A stretch of DNA of 62,212 nucleotides, filler included, from Choristocarpus tenellus KU-1152 (GCA_964200185.2; 12 parts of 12 records of this genome joined end to end with filler, not necessarily neighbours in it); one strand, 5' to 3'; numbered from the whole stretch's first letter, positions 11,901 through 25,689 are shown. Notes: generated from the letters alone by a model not told the origin. Made by a program: numbers and translations.

Positions 11901-12795
11901 GTGCAATCTGCCCGAAGCTGTGAACAACACTTGCCCACAAGAAAATGTTGCCGTACAATGTATGGAGACTGTGGGTAGGCTCGAAGTCGACTGCAGTACC
12001 GATGCTTGAGTGTTGAACGAATGTCCGCGCGTTGTTTGCTTTGGAGAGGACAGCGATGACCATTGAGGGTATCGTGATCCCCGCCTGAAGAGAACAATCA
12101 TCAGCAAGAACGCATTATTGTGAAATAAGCAACAATACTAAAAGCAGAAACCTGGAGACAACGAACGAATGAACCATAATAGCTGTTGGTACCTACTCGA
12201 CAATGACCTTAAGGTCAAGGGTTGTACTCTAATGTTTTGGATCAAGGCGCCTTCCTTGAACCGGAAGGAAAACAGAAGAAGCGAAGTAATCGAGATGTTA
12301 GGGACAGGATTGACGATCACCACTCAAGTTGAGGCGGCGAACACTACTACCATAAACTCGGAGCACTTCGAGGCGCAATACACGCCCTCCATACTTGCCT
12401 TGTTGATACACAAACATTGCAAGCATAGCAAGTAACGATATTTTCTACATGGTACGTGCAGGTAGAGCCCAATATTCCTATCCGGAGGATAGATGCACTA
12501 TTACCACCTAGAGCTCAAGTGGGATTGGACGTAAAATTCTCACCGAGAATCGTGATATGGTGATCATTACGAGCTCAAACAATGAACTGGCACAAAGGAT
12601 CCTTTTAGGACAAATTTGTTTCGCCTCCCCTTCGTAGTGATTGATCCAGGTGAATGCAGGGACAAATACTCCAGACCCCAACGTACACAAGGCCAGGATT
12701 GTGCGAAAGCTGAGAAGATGATGTCTAGGAGACAGGCAGGGCTGCCGTTGCCCAAACCTAGCGATATCATTACCACGTACAACAACCGGCACCAT
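8920..12795 (-). CDS. Ferric reductase / NADPH oxidase (gp91phox/RBOH-like) family flavocytochrome, C-terminus missing
   Basis: Phase-compatible exons ~12795(or 12709)-12544, 12084-11779, 11446-11165, 10480-10267, 9643-9601, 9139-8920. Heme His pairs (HTLYGNIFLWASVVH; HYIAGAAMISICFH), FAD motif GSYAYV..P.IS.HEWHALS, VVGDWSK, NADPH motif LLVATGVGITP and IHLLWMVRE. Confidence 0.88.
10829..11016. mobile_element. MITE family A (~185 bp), intronic, complete copy
   Basis: Inverted termini CAAAGTATCTGGGGGGG...CCCCCCCAGATACTTTG, flanked by CCT/CCT. Body is homologous to 27479-27658, 18197-18294, 18395-18557, 31151-31253 and 49406-49445. Confidence 0.85.
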
Positions 12796-13056
12796 GCACT
12801 TAGTTCCTTTGTCACGGCAGAATAAACTCCTTAGAGATAGTCTTCAGCGTGGATAAGGAAGATCTTGTGTGGAGTTAGCAATTGGCGTGGAGTTCAGCAC
12901 GAGGTATACGACAAACTTAAGATAATATAGTAGTTGAACTTGGTCCATGTTGCCGCCACCGGATAAGGGTATGTTCTCATCCTACTCTTTAAGGAATATC
13001 AATATATTAGAAGCTGAAATGGCCCGCCAAAAAAAACAGGTTGGAGGAGTGACACT

Positions 13057-13318
13057 GATTCAAAGTAAACGAGAGGTACCTGGAGTTAAATTTTAAGGAC
13101 GGGAAATATGTTCAACATTCAACTTTCTTTTACAAATGTGTGTAGGATATTTTCCGAATTGTGTCCAAAGGTTTCAAACACAACAGAGGAATCAACCCTC
13201 TCAAGTCAAATTTAGCACTTCATCCACAGAAATATGGGTGAATTGCAAAAAATATAAAAACTGACATTAAAATGTGCCAAGCGATTAAAACCTGGGCACC
13301 TCTCGTTTACTTCTCCTC
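13057..13318. mobile_element. MITE family C (~260-285 bp)
   Basis: Inverted termini GTAAACGAGAGGT / ACCTCTCGTTTAC. Internal sequence (cttcatccayagaaatatgggtgaawtgcaaaaa) is shared with 44104-44388. A family A end follows directly at ~13320. Confidence 0.7.
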
Positions 13319-15608
13319 AGGGTCAAAGTATCTTGGAGGGGGGNNNNNNNNNNNNNNNNNNNNNNNNNNNNNNNNNNNNNNNNNNNNTTAATTAATTAAN
13401 NNNNNNNNNNNNNNNNNNNNNNNNNNNNNNNNNNNNNNNNNNNGGATTGTCCTGGGGGGGGGGTGAACGGTGGACGTACCTTTCATCCCCCACTCCCTAC
13501 CAAGATTGATTTTCTGGAGACGAGTGACCCTCTAGCTCCAGATCTGTAGTCGATTGATTTTTTTTAGACGTTCACTACAGTGCAGGAAGTGTTGATTGAA
13601 TTGAATTGAATTGAAGTATTTGACGCAACCGTCAGGGGGGGGGGTGACTCGGCCATATTCCCTACCACATTGTATTGCATGTAAGACAGAAAGACTACAC
13701 ACATCTTCCACCAGACAGTCCTGAAGGTTCAGAATCGTAAAGCTAAGTAAGGGAGTGGCTGGTCCAAAGATGTTGTGACTTGCTTGGCTGAATTTGCTAT
13801 GGGGGGCGTGCCTGACCTTCCTTGCGCGTGCTCCTCCTCTCCTTCCTCTTTTAAGTTTTTATAAATATTCAGAGGCGTGGGTAGACCTGGGCATTGATAG
13901 AGAGTGGGGTTGTGCATCTTCGTTGAGAAAAGGATACTGGGTAGAGAATGTGTAGAATGTGTCGAGGATTTTGCTTTCGACCAATGGGTTACGTTTGACA
14001 TGTAACCATCCCAATACAACCTCAGTACGTGTCATTTGTAGTGTTTCTACATGTTGGAATCACTTTCATTTAAACACACTTTGTGTGTTGACGTCAAGTA
14101 CTCTCAACACACAAACCCTAAGGACTACACCCCTTGCAGTTGTGGTGGTAAGGGACGAAATGTATTGCTCGTATGATGCTTGAAGCTGCTGTACCTCATG
14201 ATCCATACAACGAACCTCTTGTAATCATGCGTGAGAAGTGTTTTGCAGAGAATATACTTCAAAAGTAGGAACAATCGGCCATCTCGAAGACCTCAACAAG
14301 AACATTGACCGCATGCCATACCCCGTAGCTTCCAGAGACCCAAACATCATGGCTACGCATGGTTGCAGACTGACCATGTGTTTAGATTGACTCTGTGTAG
14401 CTCAGAGCTGTTGTGATGTTCAAGTAGACCTTTTTCTCAAGAACTAAAGTTCTGAATCTTTTCCAATAAATAGGGGAACGGGATCTGTCTAAGGTACTCT
14501 TTGGTTGGAATTTGACAATGAACTTTGCTCTCCACGGATGCAGGTACATGAGGATTGGCTGAACGTCTGTGTTGGGAGATTCTTCCCTCACTCCTATCCT
14601 GATGAATAGTCTGTATTGCCCTGGGATTTCTTGTCTCCAGGACCTTGGAGTTTGAAGGTGGTGTAGATGATGTCACCCTCACTACCTCTCTAGCAGCTGG
14701 AGATTTTCTAATTTATGCATCTTTCCCCTCTTTTTTTTCCATTTATTTTGTTCTTGTCGTGTTTACCAATTTTTATTTTGCGAAGGCTTTTGATTATTAT
14801 TGTTTATTAATTTTATTTGACCAAGGTGGTCTCCGATCCCTCCGTGGTAAATTTCATTTTTCATTTCATTTTATATATCTTCGTGAGTTGGATGAGCGAT
14901 CAAGGATTTGATATTTGTCAAATTGTGAAGCACCTGTTCAGGTCTTGAGGTAAAACATCTTGAGGTACATGAGAAAGGATAACATACAGGTGGTATTTCG
15001 TAAGTACAGCAAGAGAGAACAGCATGATCCCACATTGCATTCAATACACGATCTTGCATGCCTTGTCACTTGAATGAGGTAGAAGATCCACCAAGGAGAC
15101 ATAATGTAGGAGGAAAGCATGGACGTAGGTTTCACCAATCACAGGCCCCCATTCCACTAAATAGAACAATGGGGTTTATGTTACAGATTACCTTTCTCGA
15201 TATATCAAAAATTATTTATCGCTTGTCCATACCTCACAAAATACATCCTCACTGAGAGACAGCCTTGGTAGGAAAACCGATATAGGAGGATGGTTCTAAA
15301 TGTCGTGGGAGTTCCACGTGCGAACAATGGATTAGGGTCAGGGATGATTTTTTTGTTGTCATTCATCGCAGGTTGTAGAGTGACAAGAGTGTTTGGTTGG
15401 GGTGAAAGTGATGCTGTAGTTAGATGGTTTTCACAAACAATGGAGCACCCACCCCCACTCCCATACGTTCCCAATCTCATCATCATGGATCTCATTCATG
15501 GCTCTTGGAGGAACTTGTTGCAGGTGATAGAGCAGCAAGAGGATAGCTTTAGGTCAGGGTGGAAGTGATGCTATGTGTGGATCGTTCAAATCCTTGCCAG
15601 AGCTCCCT

Positions 15609-15642
<34 letters not shown>

Positions 15643-16161
15643 AATTATTTTTTTTTTTTTTTTTTTTTTGTTTTTGTTGTATGAATAGTCACCACTTGTA
15701 GGTGATAAGACCACACTACTGCCTTGGTCCCTTTAATCCCGCAGCTCCAACCACCACCAACACCTTCTACTTGTCAGAAGGTCTGATGAAGGGAAATCAT
15801 TTCCCTCATGTGCCTGCATAGACCCTGAATGATAATCTCACGTTGTCCACTTGAGTGGCGGGTTGAAGACTGAAATAATTATAATATAGTTTTGAAATGA
15901 TTGCCGGTGATCTGTTAATATCAAGTTCGCCACATTTATCCATGGAGCTATAGATTGTTATACATTTTGGGGGGGGTTAGTGTTAGGGTTAAGGTTAGCA
16001 AATATGTATGTTACTGAGGATATATACGGGTATCTGGTTACTACCAAATCGCTGGGGTCCTGTTTCAACCTGTCCGTTCCAATAGCTTTGACACAACACA
16101 CGTTTTTTCATTAAAATCTCCGGAGGTAAGATAGTAATTCAATAGTACCTATTCCAGATCT

Positions 16162-16419
16162 GAGTGAAAGTATCTTAGAGGGTACGAGTTTTGCCCCATT
16201 TTTCCGTTTGGAGCTTGGCTTCCCATGGGTTTTTTATGACATTTTCCTACTTTGAACTGTTTTGGAGTGGGTAAAATATATACATAATGTTAAGGTGTGT
16301 CTGGTACAAGGATATTGACTCTTCCTAACAAACACAATAGCCAAAACTACACCAAAATCGCAAGATTGGATTTTGGACCCCAAACGGACGCCGATTTACC
16401 CTCTAAGATACTTTGACTC
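16162..16419. mobile_element. MITE family B (~258 bp), complete copy
   Basis: Termini GAGTGAAAGTATCTTAGAGGGTA...TACCCTCTAAGATACTTTGACTC, 3-bp duplication TCT, colinear with 21086-21344. Confidence 0.88.
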
Positions 16420-17068
16420 TCTTTTTTTTTTCTTTTAACTAATTCCTCACATAATTCCAACTCCTGAAAGGTCTAGATTGTTAAAGTGGACCAATACTTG
16501 AGGATTTTGTTCAATAACTCGAGATTTCTATTTTTTTAGGATGCAGGTGAAGGTTTCCTACTATCTATGTTGACACTCTCAGAGGATCTTGTCTCTTCTC
16601 TCCCTGATCAAGCCATAGTTCTAAAGTATCGATGGTGGTATTTGATACATTAGTATGTGCGCTTCACATTACGTTCTCCCCTTTTCTTGGTAATAACTGA
16701 AGTAAAGCTGGAGATCTCCAGTGCTCACATGTCAGGTGAACAACCAACCAAAGTAAGGTACTCAGGTTGGTCATTTTGCATGTATAGACTTATTTTTTGT
16801 ACAGTTCACCCTTTTTTCTTTTTTCTATAGATGGATGACTAAGAATGACTTGAGACCGCTGATTTCTCAACGCTTGGAGAGATTTCGACCGAATAACAGA
16901 AAAGTCCCTTTATGCATTGGTACAAAAAGTCGAATATTACACAATGCCAGCATCCCTAAAATGCAACCTGGGTACCTCTCTTTTTTTCTTACTCAAGACA
17001 TGTTTTGAATGTCAGACATCTGGAGTATTGTTCCCGCCTGCGACATTCAACCTGTATATTCTACAGCT

Positions 17069-17329
17069 GAGTCAAACCAAACGAGAGGTAGGCAGGGTTA
17101 AATTTTATGTATCTCGAGAAAGTGCATATAATCATGTAATTTTGTACAATTACAGAGAGAGGCTTCGCTGAATTGTGGCGTCACTTGTGTATGGATAAGG
17201 GGGAACATCAGTTTTGCGTACACTGCTGTGCACATTAAGCAATGAAATAGAGCGTATCGCATAGGGCAAGATGGATGATTTTGAGTGTGAAGGGGTCAAA
17301 ATCTGCCTACCTCTCTACTAATTTGACTC
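17069..17329. mobile_element. MITE family D (single copy seen)
   Basis: Termini GAGTCAAA..GAGAGGTAGGCAG / CTGCCTACCTCTC..TTTGACTC. Flanks GCT/ACT are an imperfect duplication. Confidence 0.65.
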
Positions 17330-17899
17330 ACTAACACTGCAGAAGATCATCCAGTTCTTTACACCCCACACAACAACACATGCGAGGATGATGACCACAC
17401 AGCAACTAGGCCATGCAATATCTTTTCTCTCAATTACATTGTCTAACCACAACTTCAGCCTGGTTCCTGAAACATCATCTTCTCTAAACCCATTAAATTT
17501 ATCAACACGAGGTACTACATGGAGGTAAGTTCCGTATTATATGTAGAACTCAACATCCGTATCTGATTAAATGCAAAAACAACCATCCTAAAACTTCAAC
17601 CACCTTCAATCCTTCTACCGTATTTCATTGACTAAATCGTTATCCGTCAATTCCATGATGGAATCAGGGAGCATGTGTTTGTATGGATGATGACGAGTGT
17701 ACAGATTAGTTTGAGGCTCGACAGGGCCTTCGGTAGGGTGTGTTCCTGTTCCTATCATCCCCAGCATCTTCTTCACTGCGGTGCTAAATGTAAAGGTTAA
17801 GGAATTCACCTCTGATTCGTCAATCTCCAGGGATCTTAATGTCATCTAAGAGAGTGTCCACGAACAACCAGATTAGAAGAGGAGGAACACCAGGAAGTG

Positions 17900-18190
17900 A
17901 CATAGCACTTGAGCGACTCTTGTGAGGTATGCTTTGTGCCGATGATGAGGGTATTGTTTCCAAGACCCTAGGAGGTCTGGCCAGGGTGATGACCGCTATT
18001 GTGAAGGAGGACAGATCATTCAGTCAGGTCATGTCAGCGTTAAGGACAGAGATCACATGTGTCCAGCCTCCTAATCAGGCCACAGAAACCATACTGATAC
18101 AGGCCCCTGAACCAGACTTACAAGCAGGCTGATAAATTTGTTTACCTTAGGGGAACCATCAGTGGTGATATTGATATGACAGTTGAGACT
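17900..18190 (+). mobile_element. LINE reverse transcriptase fragment (decayed YADD region)
   Basis: MLCADDEGIVSKTLGGLARVMTAIV...RTE...then FVYLRGTISGDIDMTVE, resembling LINE RT domains 5-7 (YADD...KTE...F.YLG). Interrupted by a stop and a MITE. Confidence 0.75.
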
Positions 18191-18196
18191 TGCTGC

Positions 18197-18294
18197 GACT
18201 CAAAGTATCTGGGGGGGGGGTGGCGGCTATCCATTTGGGGTCAATTTTTTCATGTCGCGCTTTTTTGGGTGATTTGGTTGAATACGTTGGATGG
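18197..18294. mobile_element. MITE family A, truncated by contig end
   Basis: GACTCAAAGTATCTGGGGG terminus and family A body, in the same orientation as 27479-27658. Confidence 0.8.
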
Positions 18295-18394
18295 NNNNNN
18301 NNNNNNNNNNNNNNNNNNNNNNNNNNNNNNNNNNNNNNTTAATTAATTAANNNNNNNNNNNNNNNNNNNNNNNNNNNNNNNNNNNNNNNNNNNN

Positions 18395-18557
18395 GGGGGG
18401 GTCTACACCAGGGTGTCTATCCGGGCCCCTGACCAGGAAAAGTGCACTTACATTATCCACCTGGCACATGCAACTAATTCACCCAAAAATTGCGACATGG
18501 AAAAATGAGTCCTGAATGGACAACTGCCACCCACCCCCCGCGCAGATACTTTGAGCC
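18395..18557. mobile_element. MITE family A, truncated by contig start
   Basis: Family A body ending CAGATACTTTGAGCC. Confidence 0.8.
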
Positions 18558-19094
18558 TTGTCATAGATGTGTTGGAGTTAGTTTAGGAGAGGCGCATGTG
18601 CCCCTTGCGAGGGATTGGGAGGAAGTAGAACAGGACAAATTAATGGTGGGGCAAGGGGGGAGGTATTATAGATAGGTGTAGGGAAAATATCGTTCAGGAC
18701 CCCAAGGGAGGCCTGTGGATTGGTACAGAGGGGAGGGGGAACTGGGCAGCATGATGGGGGGTGGGTAGGTATTGTGGCAATTTCCAGCCAGGAACAGCAA
18801 TTCAAGTAGGCAGAAGGGCTTGCCTAGAGAATAAGAAACAAGACTGCAACAGGGTCGGAGATGGAAGGAAGGGGGAGAGGGTGGAGTTATGCAGATTATG
18901 TATTAGGGAATGGGGGTGATTGTGGGGCGCCTCTCCAATAATAAAGATAAGTGTCTATTTTGGTTCAAGCAGTGGCTAGGTATAACTCGTGGTTTCCTTG
19001 AGTACCGTCAGCGTCTCACCTCCTGCCATGCCTACCTCATTATTACCTTCCTCCATGTGACGCCCCTATTCATGTGTGGTCTTTTGGTTACCAG

Positions 19095-19309
19095 GCATCT
19101 GAACTGAGTGTGAAGGAGTTCCTCAACCAGGCTGCAGCATATGACGTGGCCTCTAAGACGCAAATAGGCAGGATCTTGCGCAATTCGGAGGCTATGGTGC
19201 GTTTGTGAATTGACTCTTTTAGACCATGGTTATGGTGTGCTAGGAGGTTTGACATGTATACTTCAGAGTAGTAGGAGAAGCACGAGCACGACCAATTCTA
19301 AGCACACCA

Positions 19310-19340
<31 letters not shown>

Positions 19341-19751
19341 TCCTTATTCAAAGCATGAGATGCTTCTTACCCTCCCCCACAACCCCTGCCTAACCTAGCC
19401 CACTCTACTTTCTCCAATTCCTTGTCCAAATTGGGGCCAACGTTTGTCTAGGAGCTCACACACCCACTCCCTGTCATACGAGCGAAGGAGCTGGTTAAAT
19501 TCTCTGAGGTGGGAAGGGTTGAGTGGTCAAAGGTCTCATTTGTTGATGCCACTTTGACATCACCTAAGATATGAGTTGCTGTAAGGTTTATTGAACATCA
19601 CCACCTGCCTTTTGCTTACCTTCCCCCTCGCTCCTATTTCCTATATCCCACCCCAATAAACCGCTTGGAAAACCCACAGAGCAATCAATATGAGGGTATC
19701 ATTCGGAGAGGCTTGCCGTTGTACCCCTTACAAACAGGAGGGCAAGCGTAG
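19095..19751 (+). CDS. Peptidase M48 family Zn-metalloprotease, last three exons
   Basis: Exons 19095-19196, 19452-19508 and 19680-19751, all phase 0 with AG/GT boundaries. They give ASELSVKEFLNQAAAYD...|ELTHPLPVIRAKELVKFSE|SNQYEGIIRRG...stop. THP.P..R..EL is the M48 C-terminal motif. The HEXXH exons are not in this contig. Confidence 0.72.
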
Positions 19752-21085
19752 TGAGCCTCCTGCATCCCTAGAGGTGTTGTTGTCTGTCACAAACGACTTG
19801 TCTTGCGGAAGGGCATCGTACAACTTGAGGATTCCATTGCATTGAGGGGGATAAGGCATCTTTCGCGTGCTTGGCCTCACCTCGTTCCCGCTGCTCTGTA
19901 CATTGTCATAGTGTTGCCTCGGCCCCTGTTGCCCTCTGTGAGATGTGCGCGACTTGTTTGTGCCAGTGAAGAGGGAGATGTAGGCACAGCTTGCACACGG
20001 CAGATGAGAGTTTGGGTGTTTGGATTAGGTGGATGATGCTTGGCAGATGACTGACTCACCTTCCGGTTCTGAGACAAATGCGAGGGATCATGTGTGTGGC
20101 TTTCGGCTGTTGGGTAGAAATTTTAGGAGTATCGTAGGTATTGATGTGGGCATGGTGTACCAATGTAGTGTGTGTCAGTGGATGGGTGGAGAACAAGAGA
20201 TCTTTGACAGCCCACTTCAGCGTGTCAAATTGAATGGAAATAGAGTGGTGGTTGTATATAGTGCAGTCCAGAGTATAACTATTGAATGTATTTTTTTAAT
20301 ATTGAGTATTGTAGAGTCCCCCCACCCCCCCTGCGCCTTAAGAGCCAGGAATTTGGACAAGAGTGTTTTGGTCTCCTATTACGTAGTGGCGATACAAGAT
20401 CGGAGAGACCTCTCAACTTGCTTGGGTACATACTCTATGGTTAAGTGGGCATTTTTTTCTCCAGACTTGAACATGTGAAGGGGGCGAAGCTGGCTTGGTC
20501 ACCACATGAAAGCCCAGGAGTAGGTGGAAACTGAGGCCATTCTGTAGATGATACAATGATCGTTTCCTGTTCGACTCTCTACTGTTTGGAGGATTCACTT
20601 TCAGAACTAAACTGAAGGTGGGTCCGTCGATTGTGTGTTGGAGGGGAAGGACCTCCCCATCTCATGGAATAGCAACATGCTGTGAGGAAGGTTGTACTGC
20701 AAACATGGTAGGGATGAATCCATCAGCCGAGACACTGCTCCATTGCTTCTTCCAAACTGTATTGTGTTAGGAAGGATCATGCCTATTGATATGTTGCAAA
20801 TAATATTTTTATCAACACAAAGATGGAGAGGCACCCTTTGGTAAGACGACCTCAAGAATGTGTGTGTGCGTTTTTCTTTTGCATGTGTTTCATATTTTTT
20901 TGCCATGGTGAATGGTATGCGACCAAACACCAATTGATATGATGTAGTGCATAATCGTTCTGCACCCCACGAAAAAAAAAAGTGCATTCAAGTACACATT
21001 TATTTGGTGAAATACCTACTGTTGTGTTTTCCTCACAGTAGGTAATAGCAATGCACTCATTCTCACTCCTCGAACAGGCAAGTCA

Positions 21086-21344
21086 GAGTGAAAGTATCTT
21101 AGAGGGTAGGAGTTTTGCCCTGTTTGTTTATTTGGGACTTGGCTCCCCTCGTTTTTTTTTATGACGTTTTCCTACTCCAAAATATTTCGGAGTAGATAAA
21201 TTTTATACGTTATGAAAAGGTGTGTCCGGAACAAGGATATTGACACTTCCTAGCAAACGTGATAGCCAGAATTACATCATAATCGCAACATTGGATTTTG
21301 ACCCCCAAATGGACGCGGTTCTACCCTCTAAGATACTTTGGCTC
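21086..21344. mobile_element. MITE family B, complete copy
   Basis: Same termini as 16162-16419, with 3-bp duplication TCA (21083-85 / 21345-47). Confidence 0.88.
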
Positions 21345-23829
21345 TCAATGTAATAGGAAATTCAAAGCTACAACTGGGTGGTGCAACCAAGTGTTAATTA
21401 ATTGTGTACTCCTTGTACTTAATTTGCAGTATCTTACACAACATGAAAGTCCACGAATTTGGAGCTCATGACTAACAAGGGAATATGGCTACGACTTTTT
21501 TTTGTCAATTTTAAGCTCCTTTCCCGAGAACAATTTAGAACGGATTGCAGTATACATGTGACCTCAAGTAGATTCTTAGGTAACTCTTTAGGTCGCATGT
21601 AGTATTGTAGTGTCTGGGCGTTATATTACTGCTTTCTTTAGGTTAGTTGTTGACGAAAATCTTGCTTGGTTTCATAGCTAGAGGTCTTACTGTTTAAAGC
21701 ATGAAACGCCTGGACTCTCTCAAGAACATATTTGTTCTATCTGCTGGATCAGTAAGACGTTCGTAGTAGTTTACTACCAATTCCATATATATGTAGGAAT
21801 TTTACACTTCGTTTCTGCAAGAAAAATATTATTGTTGCAAATATATTAAGTAAATATAGATCCAATATTAATCCTTTTTTTTTTGGAGTACATTACTTCA
21901 ATGTATATTTATAGGATCAATGACCAATTTGCTACATCAAAGTGACTGGGAGTCTAGGTCGACTAGCAAAATACCACACCGCTCCATGTAGCTCTGCGAC
22001 ACAACTGTCTGTTCAGGTAAATTGAGTTTATGTCCGTCCATAACACCAACCCTTAGCTCGAACATTTTGAACAACCTCCAGATGCTCTACCTCAGGTCAC
22101 CCTACCCTCTGCACTCCAAGATACTGTCCACCCACACTCTGGTATAAGGCTCGACTACCTTCGGAGGATCAGCATAAATTTTATGCATATCTCTCACTGC
22201 TGTCTACACCCTTCTCCACAAACACATGTTAGGCATAAAAGGAACACATTCCTTCCTAGTTGTAACTCCAGAGTTTGATAGGGGCACTGAGGTTTAGTGC
22301 ACCATCCACCACCAACCTCTTCTGAATGATATATTGGGAATTGGTTCAAAATATCTACCTTAACATAGGGGACTAAGTGGGTTTTCACTGTGCATGAAGC
22401 AGTGGGACACGCAAAACCCAATCCACACACTTTCCTGCCCGCTACTATGAATACAAGAAGTTGCAGATTCAGAGGCATAGGTCCGAAACTCTTCCACACA
22501 GAGGTGAGGAGGTATATCAACGAGGTCAGAAAAGAGTTAGCAATGCCTGAACTAGATATGTTTCAGAACACGATTGGAAAGGGAAATCTCTGAAAGCTTT
22601 TGCCAATCAATCCTGAAACACAGACACTCGTAACTCTTCAGTGTCACCCAGCAAGACTCAAACCTTTCCCCCCGAATGTATCCTCCCCACCGGACTCTAC
22701 CATCCTTGCATGGAAAACTTGCCAAGCTCGGGTGTAACTTCAGTAGGCAGGTGAATTGATTAGCTCCCTCATCCTGCTGTTCGCATAAGGAGATGCTTTG
22801 AAGTAATGTATACACCAAATAAATGTTGCAGTTGGTACACATGGAAAAGGTATGTACACAACAAGACGATGTGTGTAAAACAGTAGATTAGTGATAGATC
22901 AGGACATTTGGAATATAGAGATTTCGAAGAAACACACTAGGAAAATGTTTCTATCCGTAATCTATCAGCAAGGTTCCTATCGGTAGTCTACCATAATTGT
23001 GTGAAAGCGTGATTGGGGAGACTAGCAACTACCCCCCCTTATGGATAAGGCACACTCTTCGCTGTAACTTGATAAAGCACATTCTACATCCTTCTCTTCT
23101 TGGTAAAGCACCACACGCTTTGTGATTGTGCAAACACTCGCTTCATGTTTGATATTTGTAGTGTCAAATGTCTTGCCTCCCAAGGGTGTACAGACATTGT
23201 GCCCCCCCCCACACTCCCATTAAACATCTTGGGCAACGGCAGACATAGACGAGTAGAGGATGGGATGGGGGGTATGCAGGCTGAGCCACAAAATACATAC
23301 AAATGGTTATGTAACCTCAACCATAAAAAGCATCCACTAAGATCCAATCTGTGACCATACCCAGTTAGGGAGTCAAAGTGTCCAAAATGGGACAATAGTG
23401 AGGTGTATATTATTTTGTGTATGTAAGATTATTGCGTTGAATTGAGTCCATTTGATGTAACTAATGAAATAGTACATCTGGATTATGTATGGAGTTCGGT
23501 ATTGCAATTAGAATTGTCTGGCATAACCGTTGACTTACGTATGAGACTAACAATAAACAAGCAATAGAAGACACCCACAAAGGTCACTCTTCTGATTTCA
23601 ACCAGGGAATCACGTTCAGCAATGGGGAACCGTGTGAGGCTTCACACCTTCTTATCTTCACTACTGATAGATAGCATTACCTCCCAAGGTAAATTGCATA
23701 CAAAGCACCAACATAAAAAGGCCCGAAATCTATTGTACTTGACAATAAGGGACCCCAAGAAGGAGGCCACTGTTTGACATACACAATATCTCTTAAAAGA
23801 GGTTGGCCAAAATGACCCCACATATAGAC

Positions 23830-24970
23830 ATCAACTAGAGGATGTTGTTATTACACATAAGAATGGGCAATACAAACAGAAAGGAATGAATCAAATCCTC
23901 AACAACCAAGAAGATTGGATGGCCAATCACAGGCATTGGCCAAATACCCATTGATCGTATCTCAACCAAATGATGAACCGCAGCAACCAAATAGTCTACA
24001 ACAGGGAATCGAACACCAACAAAAGACATTGGCAAATAATCGCCAGTTGGAGCCCCTAGACCAACCAATTTAACCCCATTCTCCAAGTTATCTAACCAAG
24101 GGGTCGAACACCACTCAACAGGCATTGATGAGACACCCTTCAGTCGGATACCCTTACCTAAATACTTTAACTGGCCTATTGATACCTAATCACTGTAGGC
24201 ACGACACCCTTCCCCATTATATCAAGAATCCCACATGAAGGAACTTAGGTCTGACTTAAGTCATGGCCAAGGTCTGAAAAGACCAAGCCTACGAGTTATT
24301 AAGTCTTTGCTATTCGTGACTATTTAACCACAGTCGTCACCATGTTCACAAGAAGCATACTCGGGGCCATATCCGCCTCCCCACCACGAAACAGAACCGA
24401 AAGGAATTGTATGCAAGAGAAAAAATACGGGGCTATCCTGGACAAAAAGGGAAGAAATAAGGGCTAAAGCATAAAAGGAAGGAAACTACAGAAACGTAGA
24501 TGTGGGTGTCGTACCAACCCCCAACCTGCCACTCAGGTCACCGTCTCCTCCACAATCCTGGCACAATTCCCACTTCTAGTCACTATCCCAAAATGAGCAG
24601 CACCAATCCAGGAAGGCTGGCAGGACGGTGAGGCTTGATAAATGTAACGTTCGGTCTTCAACAAGTGGGAGGGCAAGGTCAAACTAGAGAAAGAGGTGAA
24701 CTACCCGACTCACTCTCCCAGTCAGCCCTGTCACCGCTTGTAGGTGTACTGTGTCAATCATAAAGCAACCCAGGAAGATCCCTAGCTGTGGAGTAAAATT
24801 TTCCCCTAAAAAGCCCACTTCTTCCTCCAATCTAGTCCTATCAACAGTTGTAGGTGACGAATGAGGCATTGAAAAAATTCCGTTGTCATACAACAGGCTA
24901 CGACGCCAAACTATGAAGGAACGCAAACCTCACCGTAACCCCAGACCGGGACGCACCCCCCAAAAGGCTC
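23830..24970 (-). mobile_element. Highly decayed non-LTR RT remnant (probably RLE-type)
   Basis: Weak ordered traces on the minus strand: GVRP..GEV (~24950), FYALAL (~24470), GDD (~24335), VKLVGLGAPTGD (~24060). Many stops and frameshifts. Confidence 0.4.
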
Positions 24971-25689
24971 TCCCTCTGCAAATATTCTGGTGGAACAGTC
25001 TTTAATTTGTTGTAGAGTCACTCCCAGGGTTACATCAGGAGGGACTGAAGGCACAGTACTCCTTATTAAAGCTCATAAATCGAATAATCAACACCACCAT
25101 TATCTCAGATCAACATCTGATTTGGTGTTTCTTTTTCTGCCCTTACAAATCAAATAAACTCAAACTTAACTCAAAAACGATCACTTGGACACTTTATTTC
25201 TGTTTTGTGTTTGGGCCATACTGGGTAATCTCGTCCAACAGTGGACACCATTCTTTTGAAAATGAATCAGAACCATGTCTGTGGTCACACAAAAGAACCT
25301 ACCACAGAGTGCCTACCTCTTGCATACTCGACAATGTCGTGTGCAGGGAAACATTGCTTTTGATTTTCTATTAACTGGGCATGATGAATGTTGATGCGGA
25401 CGTTACCCCAATTGGAATTTGTGACACTGTGGATCCTGATGAGGACGGTGAGATGAGAAGAGGCCGTGCTTCGATTGTCACATTTCTGATGACTGCATTT
25501 CTGATGACTGCATTTCTGATGACGAGAAAAGAGTGACGAGGTAAAGATTTATGATAAAACCACCATTTTGTCAATGACTAATCCTCCAAGTAGAAATAGC
25601 CTTGTCATTGACAAATTGCGCCTGTGCGGCAAGGGGTCGACTTAGCAAAAATTATCGAAAAAACGGTTGGGGGGACCGTGCCTTGTCCA

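Noticed and set aside
13700-15600. Possible gene or transposon ORFs in contig 4
   Set aside because: All frames are stop-ridden, and I could not find a consistent exon chain or recognisable motif.
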